Shown piece by piece: positions 9,190 through 18,648 of a stretch of DNA of 64,000 nt. This DNA comes from Vicinamibacteria bacterium. GTDB lineage: Bacteria; Acidobacteriota; Vicinamibacteria; Marinacidobacterales; Marinacidobacteraceae. The stretch covers positions 1,852,369 to 1,916,368 of the forward strand of contig OZ244068.1 of assembly GCA_965215615.1 (NCBI GenBank), read 5' to 3'. Position 1 is the stretch's first letter. Each line of letters starts with the position of its first letter. Under the pieces are notes generated by a model, which was not told the origin of the DNA, searched no databases, and worked only from the letters and a program-made list of their open reading frames with translations. The translations under genes and the position numbers were made by a program.

Positions 9190-10261
9190 GGCGAAGTGGA
9201 TCCGGCACTTCGCGCGGCTCCCGCTCCGGAAGGTCGCGCTTGCCGGAGCCGGCCTGCTGGCGTTCGGCTACGGCGGCAACCAGCTTCTGGAGGTTCGCGA
9301 ACTCGCCCGGCGGAACGCGGCGATCGAGCGACCCCATACCCGACCCGGCGGCGGGATCTTTTTCCGGGTAGGGCCGGGCTCGACCGCCGGGGTGATCGCC
9401 AATCGGCTGGAAGCCTTGCGAATCATCGAAGACCGCCGCATCTTCCTGCACGCGGCACGAAGGCAACAGGCGGCTGGCAGGCTCCAGGCAGGGCTCTACC
9501 GCTTCGAGGGGGCGCTCAGCCCGGACGACATCGTGGCCCGTCTCGCCGCCGGCGAGGTGGCGCGCAACTGGGTGACCCTTCCCGAGGGACTCGACATCCG
9601 CGACACCAGCATCCGGCTGGCGGAAGCCGGAATGGGCGATGCCGCCGAACTGGAGAGCGCCTTCCGTGACCCGGCCCTGACCGGGGATGCCCTCGGCGAT
9701 CTCGACCCGGCAGCGCGCGACTTCGAGGGGTACCTCTTTCCGAGCACCTATGACATCCCGCCCGGCACTCGCCCCACCGAGATCGCCCGGCTTCTCTCCG
9801 GCCGGTTTCGGGCAGCGTGGGAAGGCAATCGGACGGAGCGGGCGACGGAACTCGGCGTAACCCTCCGGGAAATCGCCACTCTCGCCTCCATCATCGAAAA
9901 GGAGACCGGCGCTTCCGGAGAGCGGCCGCGGATCGCCGGCGTGTTCTGGAACCGGATCGAGCGGGGGATGCGGCTCCAGTCCGACCCGACCGTGCTGTTC
10001 GCGATGCGGGCCCAAGGAGACTTCGGCAACAACATCCGCCGGCGAGATCTCGATCTCCCCTCTCCCTACAACACCTACCACATAGCCGGGCTGCCCCCCG
10101 GCCCGATCTCCTCCTTCGGACTCGCGGCGCTTGATGCCGCTCTCCACCCCGAAGAGACCGACTACCTCTACTTCGTGTCCAAAAACGATGGCAGCCACCA
10201 GTTCTCCCGCACTCTCGGCGAACACAACCGCGCCGTCCGCCGCTTCCAGCTCCGCCGGTAA
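9098..10261 (+). CDS. mltG: Endolytic transglycosylase MltG
   Basis: TLPEG, EGYLFPSTY, ASIIEKET, LQSDPTV, SPYNTY, GLPPGPI, YLYFV. Start uncertain, probably downstream of 9098. Confidence 0.93.
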   Translation: MWTPSTMKIRNWISRFSKSDRSEPTGKKPPEAKWIRHFARLPLRKVALAGAGLLAFGYGGNQLLEVRELARRNAAIERPHTRPGGGIFFRVGPGSTAGVIANRLEALRIIEDRRIFLHAARRQQAAGRLQAGLYRFEGALSPDDIVARLAAGEVARNWVTLPEGLDIRDTSIRLAEAGMGDAAELESAFRDPALTGDALGDLDPAARDFEGYLFPSTYDIPPGTRPTEIARLLSGRFRAAWEGNRTERATELGVTLREIATLASIIEKETGASGERPRIAGVFWNRIERGMRLQSDPTVLFAMRAQGDFGNNIRRRDLDLPSPYNTYHIAGLPPGPISSFGLAALDAALHPEETDYLYFVSKNDGSHQFSRTLGEHNRAVRRFQLRR

Positions 10262-10377
10262 TCGGCCCCCCTCGGGCCGGTGCTACATTGGGCGGGCCGG
10301 GAGAACCGGAAAGTGACGACGCTCCACATCACCCTGCCGGACGACCGGGGACGAGCTCACAACCTGAAGCCCGAAGA

Positions 10378-10489
10378 AGTGTTTGGGACGGATCCCACTT
10401 CGAATTCCGCAAAAGGGAGAACCTCCTCCTTCCGGGATTCAGAGTCCGAGGGAAATAGTACTAATCCCGAGGGGTCCGTTCCAAACACT
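10378..10489 (+). repeat. 112-bp element bounded by 19-bp imperfect inverted repeats (MITE-like or RNA hairpin)
   Basis: AGTGTTTGGGACGGATCCC (10378-10396) and GGGGTCCGTTCCAAACACT (10471-10489); 17/19 match, both mismatches are G.U pairs on the + strand. Confidence 0.65.
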
Positions 10490-10536
10490 GGTGACGAGGT
10501 GAGTTCGGAGATCGAGGAGGCACTGCCGCCGGCGAG

Positions 10537-11172
10537 GTGGGCGCGATGACTCCCGAAACCATCGCCGCCCTGAAAGCCGCCTTCAGGGGCGCTCTCGAAG
10601 CGGCAACGCCGAGGGAGGCCGGGAGGGCAGCGACCCATACCGGTGAACAGGCAAAAGCCGGGGCACCGGCCGGCTGGCTGCCGGACGCCCTGAAAGAGCT
10701 GGAAAGCATCGATGAAGAGATCGCGGAGGACGAACTTCCTCCCGTGGACAACGCGGCGCGGCGTGCGCTGCGGGAACTCGGGCACCAACCGCTCACACCG
10801 AGCGTGTACCCGCCCCCGGATGGGGAGATTTGCCTGTCCTTCAGCGCACCCGACAAGGCCCCCGAAACCCAGGCGGTGCTCCACGTCCTCTTCGGCAATC
10901 GAGGCGAAACGGGCTGGCTTTGCGCCGCGCCGGGCCTCAACGCATACGGGCGCTACCCGAATCCGGACGCACTTCCCATGGACTTCCTCCGGAGCTGCCT
11001 GAAATCCCTGACTACCGGAACAAGTCCAGGGCGGATGCCCGTAGCAGCGCTACCGCTCGACGAAGAAGAGTTGAGCGAGGAGGCGCGGCGGGCTGTCAAG
11101 GAAGGGATGGCGGACCACGCAGCCGGCCGCACCCACTCACCTGATGATGTCCGTGAAGAGCTTGATTTCTGA
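10537..11172 (+). CDS. Hypothetical protein with antitoxin-like C-terminal tail
   Basis: Tail DEEELSEEARRAVKEGMADHAAGRTHSPDDVREELDF resembles type II antitoxin C-termini; the rest is unrecognised. Confidence 0.5.
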   Translation: MGAMTPETIAALKAAFRGALEAATPREAGRAATHTGEQAKAGAPAGWLPDALKELESIDEEIAEDELPPVDNAARRALRELGHQPLTPSVYPPPDGEICLSFSAPDKAPETQAVLHVLFGNRGETGWLCAAPGLNAYGRYPNPDALPMDFLRSCLKSLTTGTSPGRMPVAALPLDEEELSEEARRAVKEGMADHAAGRTHSPDDVREELDF

Positions 11173-11205
11173 AGGAGCGGCTTCGGCAGCTCCGCCCGGT
11201 CGCTG

Positions 11206-14199
11206 ATGGCGCGGAACGACGAGCACACGCTCAACACCGTTCTCGCGGCCTGCCTGCGCAAGCGAAGCCCCCTCTGGCGCGTTTCGGGCACTGTTGTTTC
11301 GGAAGGGCTCGGAGCGCTCAGGGGCACCGGACGTCCCGACATCCTGGTCGGAGGGGTGAACGGGCCGGCACCGATTGCAGTGGAAACCGAATATGAACCG
11401 GCGCGAACTGTGGAGCAGGATGCCCGGGCTCGACTCTCGAAGAACACGGCGGCTGGCGTAAAGATCGAACAGGCGGTTGCAATCCGGGCTCCGAAAGAAC
11501 TCCGGGATGTCCCGCAGGCCGATCTGGAAATGTGCGTCGAAAAGGCTTCCTTCTCCTGCGCGGTGTGGTCCGAGCCAAGGGAATCGGAAGAAAGCGAGCC
11601 CACTGCGGCACGCCATTGCCGATTCCCGGAAGGGGGTTGGCTGCTGCTCGGATTGGACGATCTCGCCACCCTCGTCGAGACACTTGGGGTCTCCGAACGG
11701 GCGGTCACCCGGAGCACCGACCTGCTCGAACAGGCAGTGCGCGAAACGTCCCTCTATCTCACGCAGTCTTTGACCCACAGCAGGCCCGACATACTCCCCT
11801 GGATCGCCTGCGAGCTGTCCCAGGAGCCCGGGGAACAGACGACGCGCATGGCTCTGGTGATTCTCGCGAGCGCTTGTGTCTTCCACGAGACGGTGGCCGG
11901 AAACCACGGAATTCGGTCCATCCATCAGCTTCGCGACCAGAATGGCACCCTTGTTCGGACGGATGTAATCGATGAGTGGACGACGATCCTGAAAATCAAC
12001 TACTACCCGATCTTCCACACGGCTCGGGAAATCCTGCGAACTCTGCCCCCGCGCGAAAGTGCGGAGGTTCTCGAGCGCTTCTCCAGGTTGGCGAATCTCC
12101 TCGTGCAACAGGGCGCGAATCGCTCTCACGACCTGACCGGCCGGATGTTCCAGCGGCTCATCCAGGACCGGAAATTCCTCGCCACCTTTTACACCCGCCC
12201 GGAGGCGGCGGCTCTGCTTTCCGAAATCGCGGTGGGGATGACCGATGTGGACTGGAGCGAACGCGAAGGAATGAAGAGCCTCCGCATCGCCGACCTCGCT
12301 TGCGGCACCGGTACGCTGATTTCCGCCGCGTACCAGGCCCTGATCCGCCGCTACCGTCGCGCTGGCTGGGATGACCGGCAAGCTCACCCCGAGATGATGG
12401 AGGAGAGCCTTATCGCAGCAGACATCATGCCGGCGGCAGCGCATCTGACCGGGGCGATGCTCTCGAGCGTTCATCCGGCGCTCAAGTACGAGCGCACCCA
12501 GGTCTATACGCTGCCCTACGGAAGGCATCCCAGGATCACGATGCCCGCGCTCGGAGCGCTCAGCCTCCTCGACCGAGGCGAGCTGCTCACCCTCTTCGGG
12601 ACCGGACTCGCCGCTGGCATGGAGCGCCTCGGCGGAAAAACCGGCGAGGATGTCAGCGAAGCCGAGGCGCAGAGCTCTTCCTTCGCACTCGCCAACCGCT
12701 CTCTCGATCTCGTGATCATGAACCCGCCGTTCACCCGGCCCACCAACCATGAGATCGCAGACGAGAACGTGCCGTCGTTCGCAGGATTCGGCACGACCGC
12801 CGCCGAACAGGCCGAGATGAGCGCCGAACTGAAACGTCTGCGTGGCAATCTCGTCCGAAACGCCGAGCCCGGCCACGCTCCGCCAGCGAGTGACGGAAAC
12901 GCCGGACTCGCATCCAACTTTCTCGACCTCGCCCACCTCAAGTTGAAGCCGGGCGGAACCCTGGCCATGGTGTTGCCGGCCTCCCTGGCGCTCGGTGGGG
13001 CCTGGGCGGCGAGTCGCAGGCTGCTGGCCCGGCATTACGAACGTCTCGTGGTGATCTCGCTGGCTGCGTCCCGGAGCAGTGGCAAGTCTTTTTCCGCCGA
13101 TACCGGCATGGCGGAAGTTCTGGTGGTGGGAAGCAAACGACCGGACACGGCCGGACCTTGCGAACCTGCTGACGCGGAAACGGCCTGGATCGCTCTCGGC
13201 GAGCGCCCCCGCAGTGCAGCGGAGGCCATGGAGGTCGCCCGGGAGACCCGACGGCAACTCAACAAATCTGCGGGGCACCCCGGCACTGCTTTCGATCTGC
13301 GGCTCGGCAACAGCATCATGGGCCAAGGGTTGGTCGCCACGCTCGCGGATGGGGGGTTGGTCGGAGTCGCGGATCCCGTGCTCGCGTCAGCAACGCTTCG
13401 CTTGGTCAACAAGGGAGAATTGTCCCTGCCGCGAACTGCAGGAGCGGTGTCCATTCCGCTCACCCGGCTCGGCAATCTTGGGAATCGCGGTCCACTCGAT
13501 CGGGACATCGGTGGACGAATCGGTTCCACGATCACCGCCCGAGGCCCATTCCAGATCGGCCCGATATCGGGAGTCCCCACCTTTCCGATCTTGTGGGGGC
13601 ACGAAGCGGCACGAGAGCGACGGCTGGTGGTAACACCGGATTCGATGGGGCAGACCCGTCCGGGCCGCGACAGGGATGCCGCCGCCGTCTGGAATACCGC
13701 CAGCCGGCTCCACTTCAACCGCGATTTTCGATTGAATTCGCAGAGCCTCGCCGCCTGCCTGACCCCCTCTCCCTCTATCGGTGGCAGAGCGTGGCCTTCC
13801 TTCAAGACGAGATCAGAATGGGAAAAAGCGCTGGCTGTGTGGGCGAATTCGAGCTTCGGCCTTCTGCTCTTCTGGTGGGTCGGCTCTGCTCAACAAACGG
13901 GACGCACCGTGCTGACCCTGAGCCGGCTCCCTGATCTACCCGTGCTGGATCTCCGCGAACTCTCTGCTCCCCAGATCGACGAACTCGGCGCATCGTTCGA
14001 TGCCATGCGGGACACCGACTTCCTCCCCGCGCATGAGGCCCATCGGGATCCGGCACGATGCGAACTCGACCGGCGGGTTCTCGCGGACGTGCTCGGATTC
14101 GACGATGAGGCGATGGACCAGGTGGCGCTGCTGCGCGAAAAATGGTGCGCCGAGCCGAGCGTTCACGGGGGCAAGCACAATACCGAACGCGTGAAGTAG
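11206..14199 (+). CDS. Type IIG-like restriction-modification enzyme (nuclease, N6-adenine methyltransferase and target recognition region in one chain)
   Basis: N-terminal RPDIL...AVETE nuclease-like motif; FYTRP; motif I ADLACGTGTL; motif IV NPPF; LKPGGTLAMVLP; 997 aa. Confidence 0.85.
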   Translation: MARNDEHTLNTVLAACLRKRSPLWRVSGTVVSEGLGALRGTGRPDILVGGVNGPAPIAVETEYEPARTVEQDARARLSKNTAAGVKIEQAVAIRAPKELRDVPQADLEMCVEKASFSCAVWSEPRESEESEPTAARHCRFPEGGWLLLGLDDLATLVETLGVSERAVTRSTDLLEQAVRETSLYLTQSLTHSRPDILPWIACELSQEPGEQTTRMALVILASACVFHETVAGNHGIRSIHQLRDQNGTLVRTDVIDEWTTILKINYYPIFHTAREILRTLPPRESAEVLERFSRLANLLVQQGANRSHDLTGRMFQRLIQDRKFLATFYTRPEAAALLSEIAVGMTDVDWSEREGMKSLRIADLACGTGTLISAAYQALIRRYRRAGWDDRQAHPEMMEESLIAADIMPAAAHLTGAMLSSVHPALKYERTQVYTLPYGRHPRITMPALGALSLLDRGELLTLFGTGLAAGMERLGGKTGEDVSEAEAQSSSFALANRSLDLVIMNPPFTRPTNHEIADENVPSFAGFGTTAAEQAEMSAELKRLRGNLVRNAEPGHAPPASDGNAGLASNFLDLAHLKLKPGGTLAMVLPASLALGGAWAASRRLLARHYERLVVISLAASRSSGKSFSADTGMAEVLVVGSKRPDTAGPCEPADAETAWIALGERPRSAAEAMEVARETRRQLNKSAGHPGTAFDLRLGNSIMGQGLVATLADGGLVGVADPVLASATLRLVNKGELSLPRTAGAVSIPLTRLGNLGNRGPLDRDIGGRIGSTITARGPFQIGPISGVPTFPILWGHEAARERRLVVTPDSMGQTRPGRDRDAAAVWNTASRLHFNRDFRLNSQSLAACLTPSPSIGGRAWPSFKTRSEWEKALAVWANSSFGLLLFWWVGSAQQTGRTVLTLSRLPDLPVLDLRELSAPQIDELGASFDAMRDTDFLPAHEAHRDPARCELDRRVLADVLGFDDEAMDQVALLREKWCAEPSVHGGKHNTERVK

Positions 14200-14263
14200 C
14201 GCCGCACCAGCCGCTCGGAGAACCGCACCCTATGCACCTCAGACTCGGCGACAGCTCATGTGC

Positions 14264-14560
14264 TTATGTCTCCATTCGCGCGAGGGCGACGGCCGCCCAG
14301 CCGGGAACCGTTTCGGCAGCCCACCAGGCTCCGTCTCGCAGGACCGCGACCTCGCGATGCGGCTGATCCGGGTCCGTGTTGTCGTAGAGGTGCGCCTCGT
14401 CCGCGAGCGCGAGGCTCCCGGATTCCAGGGAGCGGGCAATCGCATCGGGGTCGATGATGTCCATGTCATCGAACCATGTCGTCCGGGTAAGGCTCGATTT
14501 GCCGCACCCGTTCGGGCCGGCGACGACCCGAAGAGTCGGATACGTCAGTTCGCCTTCCAC
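14264..14560 (-). pseudogene. Zeta-toxin-like P-loop ATPase (COG4185-like), internally deleted
   Basis: Walker A AGPNGCGKSS and DPDAIARSL run directly into the C-terminal ALADEAHLYDN; the central FETT / RV..GGH segment of the family is absent; only 98 aa. Confidence 0.65.
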
Positions 14561-14754
14561 CCCGGTGGGGGAAGCACCCGGTCGCCGTCCTTGGTCCGCG
14601 CGATGTACGCGCCATCGGAGCGAAACCCGTAGAGCGTGCCGCCGGCCTCGACCTGTGCCGCGAGGTCCGCCTGGATCTGCTCGCGCCAGTCCTTCGGGCG
14701 TCCGGGTACGTCGGGGGGTGTCGCGGATGTTCTTATGTTGATGGGCCGGCTCAT
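14545..14754 (-). CDS. Small hypothetical protein, putative antitoxin partner of the zeta-like ATPase
   Basis: 69 aa, ATG start, overlaps the start of the downstream ATPase in a TA-like arrangement. Confidence 0.55.
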   Translation of the reverse strand: MSRPINIRTSATPPDVPGRPKDWREQIQADLAAQVEAGGTLYGFRSDGAYIARTKDGDRVLPPPGWKAN

Positions 14755-14803
14755 TTCGTGACCCTAGCCCGAGTTCCTGCTCGGTTCAACACCAGGCACG
14801 GGG

Positions 14804-15802
14804 TCAGATATCCACCACCGTGCCCAGATCCTCTTCTTCGGCGCGGGCGAGAGCGGCAGTCGCGACCGCGACATCCTGGACCCCGGTTCCCACCGTCTTG
14901 AAGAGCACCGGGCCGCCCTCGGGTTTTGGCGCGTTGCCGGCTGCTATCTCGCCGATCTCGGCGAGGACGTGCGACTCGGCGATGAGGCCGGCATCGCGGG
15001 GGCGGATGAGATCACCGGCTTCCTCCCAGCAGGATTCGCGGTGGTCCACCACCACTTTCGCCCGGGCGACTGTTTCGGGTGGGATGATCTGCATCTCCGG
15101 GGTGAAGGAGCCAACCGCATTGATGTGGGCGTTCGGCTTCACCGCGGAGTCCGAGAAGACCGGCGCGGTGGCGGTGGTGGCTTCGGCGATCACGTCCGCC
15201 GCGGCAACGGCTTCCTCGGCACTCTTCGCGGCCTCCACCGGAATCCCGAGCCGCTCGCTCATCTCGCGGGCGAACGCGGCGCTCGCCTCCGGCCGGATGT
15301 CGAACACGAGCGTGCGACGGATTCCCGGGCGAGCGGTGACCATCGCTTCGAGCTGGGTGCGCGACTGGATCCCGGCACCGAGAACGGCAGCGGTTTCGAC
15401 ATCCTCGGGGGCGAGGTCGGCGGTCGCGACCCCGGAAGCCGCCCCGGTGCGGATCGCGGTCAGCGTTCCCCCTTCGAGCGCGCCAAGCGGGACTCCGGTT
15501 TCGGCATCGAGCACGAGGACCAGCGCGTGGATGGTGGGAAGCGGCGCGGCGCGATCCGGGTTTTTCGGAAACACCGAGACGATCTTGGTGGCGAGCTGCC
15601 CGGAGCCTGACCCGGGATTCGGTAGATACGCCGGCATGTGAAGGCTGATCCCGCCGCTTGCCGGAATCGGGATCCGGGTGCGAACCGGCATCACGGCACG
15701 GCCGGCGGAAAGTTCGACGAAGGCCTGACGGACGATCGGGATGGCATCCGCCATCGGCATGGCCCGGCGAACATCGGAAGCGGAGAGCAGGCGCAGTTTC
15801 AT
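14804..15802 (-). CDS. Ornithine cyclodeaminase/mu-crystallin family imine reductase
   Basis: LHMPAY, KIVSVFPKN, LTAIRTGAASGVAT, GAGIQ, HINAVGS, FKTVGTGVQD. Confidence 0.9.
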   Translation of the reverse strand: MKLRLLSASDVRRAMPMADAIPIVRQAFVELSAGRAVMPVRTRIPIPASGGISLHMPAYLPNPGSGSGQLATKIVSVFPKNPDRAAPLPTIHALVLVLDAETGVPLGALEGGTLTAIRTGAASGVATADLAPEDVETAAVLGAGIQSRTQLEAMVTARPGIRRTLVFDIRPEASAAFAREMSERLGIPVEAAKSAEEAVAAADVIAEATTATAPVFSDSAVKPNAHINAVGSFTPEMQIIPPETVARAKVVVDHRESCWEEAGDLIRPRDAGLIAESHVLAEIGEIAAGNAPKPEGGPVLFKTVGTGVQDVAVATAALARAEEEDLGTVVDI

Positions 15803-15844
15803 GCCCCGTTTTCTATCAGACTGGCGTGCGATAATTTCCCCCTG

Positions 15845-16729
15845 ATGCGCGGCGTCTATTCGGTCCTGCCCACTCCTTTCGGCCCGGACGGGTCTTTCGA
15901 CGAGGCGAGTCTCGGCCGCGTCGTGAAACTCTTTCTCGACGACGGTGTCTCGGGATTCACGGCGCTCGGAGTGACGAGCGAGGTGTCGAGACTCTCGGAC
16001 CGGGAGCGGAGCCGGATCCTCGATGCCAGCATGAGTGCGGTGGCCGGAGCCGTCCCAGTGATCGTCGGAGCCACCGGAGACGGACTCGACACCTGCCGCG
16101 AACGCTGCCGCGAAGCCGAGCGGGCCGGGGCCGCCGGGGTCATGGTCTCGCCCCCCCGTGCCCCCCGCTGCAGCTCGGCCGGGGTCCTCCGCCATTTCCG
16201 CGAGATCGCTGAGGCGATCCGCATCCCGGTCGTGATCCAGGACTTCCCGCCGATCTCGGGCTTCCACATGGAGGCGGAGTTACTCGCACGCCTCTGCCGC
16301 GAGATCCCTTCGGCGCGGATCATCAAGCTGGAAGACGCGCCCACTCCCTACAAGGCGGCCCGCATCCGGGAGCTCACCGAGGGGCTCGAAATCGGCATTT
16401 TCGGCGGGCTCGGCGGGGCCTTCCTGCTCGAGGAGCTGATCTCCGGGGCCACCGGAGCGATGACCGGCTTCGCCTATCCGAAGCTGCTGGTCGAGATCGT
16501 GCGCAAATGGGATGCGGGCGACCGCGACGGCGCGGCCCGGACCTTCTACCACTACTCCCCGGTGATGCGCTTCGAGTTCCAGGAGGGGATCGGGATGCCC
16601 ATCCGCAAGGAAATGCTACGTCGCCGCGGGGCCATCGCCCATCCGGGTGCCCGGGCTCCCGCTCCGGCACTCGACCCGCCGACCCTCGAAGCCCTGGACC
16701 GCATCCTTGCCCACTTCGAACTGGGCTGA
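15845..16729 (+). CDS. Dihydrodipicolinate synthase-family lyase (not canonical DapA)
   Basis: GVYSVLPTPF, LGVTSE, IQDFP, Schiff-base lysine in IIKLED, FGGLGG. Confidence 0.88.
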   Translation: MRGVYSVLPTPFGPDGSFDEASLGRVVKLFLDDGVSGFTALGVTSEVSRLSDRERSRILDASMSAVAGAVPVIVGATGDGLDTCRERCREAERAGAAGVMVSPPRAPRCSSAGVLRHFREIAEAIRIPVVIQDFPPISGFHMEAELLARLCREIPSARIIKLEDAPTPYKAARIRELTEGLEIGIFGGLGGAFLLEELISGATGAMTGFAYPKLLVEIVRKWDAGDRDGAARTFYHYSPVMRFEFQEGIGMPIRKEMLRRRGAIAHPGARAPAPALDPPTLEALDRILAHFELG

Positions 16730-16738
16730 TCTCGACTG

Positions 16739-17641
16739 TTGGCACTGCTGAACCGGGTAGTCGTCACCCTGCTCCCGGTGCTGCCGAAGGCCGCGGTGCG
16801 CCCCTTCGCCCGGCCCTACATCGCGGGCGAATCGGTCCGGGATCTCGTGGCGGTGACCCGGGAACTGAACGAGGCCGGGATGCTGGTGGCGGTGAGCCAG
16901 CTCGGCGAGTTCATCACCCGGCGCGAAGAGGCCGAAGAGGCGGTCCGGATCTACCGGGAGACCCTCGACGAGATCCATCGGCACTCGCTGAAGGCCTATG
17001 TCCATGTGAAACCCACGCATCTCGGCCTCGGTCTCGACTACCGGTTCTGCCGGGACCAGGTGCGCGCGGTGCTCGCCCACGCGGTCGGACGGGGCGGGAC
17101 ACTCATCCGGATGGACATGGAAGACAGCCCCCAGATCCAGCCGACCCTCGACATCCACCGCGATCTCCGCCCGGAGTTCCCGAACTTCGGGGTGGTGCTC
17201 CAGTCGCGGATGCGGCGGAGCCTCGGGGATGCCCGGGATCTCGCGGCGATGGGGGCCAACGTGCGCCTTTGCAAGGGCGTGTATCTCGAGCCGCCGGCAC
17301 TCGCCTACCAGGAGCCGGATGTCATCCGCGAGAACTATCTGGCGATCCTCCGGGAGCTGCTCGCGGGCGGCTGCTACGTGGGGATCGCGACTCACGACGA
17401 GTGGCTCATCCTCCGGGCCGAGCGGATCCTCGACGAGCTCGGCACGCCGCGGGACCGGTATGAATTCCAGATGCTTCACGGGGTCCGGCCCCGGCTTCGG
17501 CAGACCGTCATGGAGGCCGGGCACCGGGTGCGGGTGGGCGTTCCGTTCGGCCCGGAATGGCTGCCCTATTCGCTGCGGCGGCTGCGAAAGAACCCGGATA
17601 TCGCCGGGCATGTGATGCGGGCGGTTTTCTCGCGCGACTGA
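16739..17641 (+). CDS. Proline dehydrogenase (monofunctional)
   Basis: YIAGE, VKPTHLG, RMDMED, VRLCKGVYLE, IATHD, EFQMLHG, YSLRRLRKNP; TTG start. Confidence 0.93.
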   Translation: MALLNRVVVTLLPVLPKAAVRPFARPYIAGESVRDLVAVTRELNEAGMLVAVSQLGEFITRREEAEEAVRIYRETLDEIHRHSLKAYVHVKPTHLGLGLDYRFCRDQVRAVLAHAVGRGGTLIRMDMEDSPQIQPTLDIHRDLRPEFPNFGVVLQSRMRRSLGDARDLAAMGANVRLCKGVYLEPPALAYQEPDVIRENYLAILRELLAGGCYVGIATHDEWLILRAERILDELGTPRDRYEFQMLHGVRPRLRQTVMEAGHRVRVGVPFGPEWLPYSLRRLRKNPDIAGHVMRAVFSRD

Positions 17642-17673
17642 CGTACCCGGCGGGCGGATAGACTCGCCGGCCC

Positions 17674-18648
17674 ATGGTGCTCATCCTCAAGGAGCGGGAT
17701 GTGGCCGAGGTCCTCTCGATGGGGGACGCGGTTCGACTTCTCGAAGAATCTTTCCGACTGCATGCCGAGGGGAAAACCTCGTTGGCACCGCGGCTCGTGA
17801 TGCCGCTCGCCGGAGACGCGGGCAATTTCCGCATCATGGCGGCGGTGATCCCGGACCGGAACAGCTTCGGGCTGAAGACGCTCACCGGCACTCCGGGCAA
17901 GCGCGCTCCCGAGGACACCTGGTTCGCCCTCCTCCACTTCGACTGGACCACCGGGGCACTCCGGGCGGTGCTGCCCGGCGGCTACATCACCGGAACCCGC
18001 ACCGGGGCGGCGAGCGGGGTCGCTACCCGGCATCTGGCCCGCGAGGATGCCTCGGTCCTCGGGCTGATCGGGGCCGGCTTCCAGGGGAAAAACCAGGTGG
18101 CCGCGGTGCGCGAAGTGCGGCAGATCCGCAAGGCACGGATCCACGACGTGGTTCCGGCGGCGGCCGAATCGCTTGCCGCAGCGCTCCGGGAAGAAGGAAT
18201 CGAAGCGGTGGCGGTCGAAACTGCAGAAGAAGCGATCCGGGGCGCGGATATCGCGTGCGCTGCCACCACCGCGAAGAGCCCGGTGATCGAAGCCGACTGG
18301 CTGTCTCCCGGGATGCATGTGAACTCGGTGGGTGCCAACGCCCCGGTAAAGCGGGAAGTCGCCGCCGAAGCGTTCGCCCGCTGCCGGGTGGTCCCGGACT
18401 TCCAGACCCAGGTTCTCGAAGAAGCGGGAGACCTGATCGCGGCGATCCGGGACGGCGCGTTCGCGGTTTCGGACATCCACGCCGAGCTCGGCGACATCGT
18501 GGCCGGCAAGGCCCCCGGCCGGGAGGGCGACGAGATCACTCTCTTCAAGTCGGTCGGGGTGGCGATCGAGGACGTGATCTGCGCGAGCCACGTCTATGAG
18601 CAGGCGCTCGCCCGCGGACTCGGCCAGCGAGTGAGCCTTCAGACATGA
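17674..18648 (+). CDS. Ornithine cyclodeaminase-family protein, candidate delta1-pyrroline-2-carboxylate reductase
   Basis: TGTRTGAASGVAT, GAGFQG, GMHVNSVGA, LFKSVGVAIED; co-transcribed with aconitase X. Confidence 0.88.
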   Translation: MVLILKERDVAEVLSMGDAVRLLEESFRLHAEGKTSLAPRLVMPLAGDAGNFRIMAAVIPDRNSFGLKTLTGTPGKRAPEDTWFALLHFDWTTGALRAVLPGGYITGTRTGAASGVATRHLAREDASVLGLIGAGFQGKNQVAAVREVRQIRKARIHDVVPAAAESLAAALREEGIEAVAVETAEEAIRGADIACAATTAKSPVIEADWLSPGMHVNSVGANAPVKREVAAEAFARCRVVPDFQTQVLEEAGDLIAAIRDGAFAVSDIHAELGDIVAGKAPGREGDEITLFKSVGVAIEDVICASHVYEQALARGLGQRVSLQT

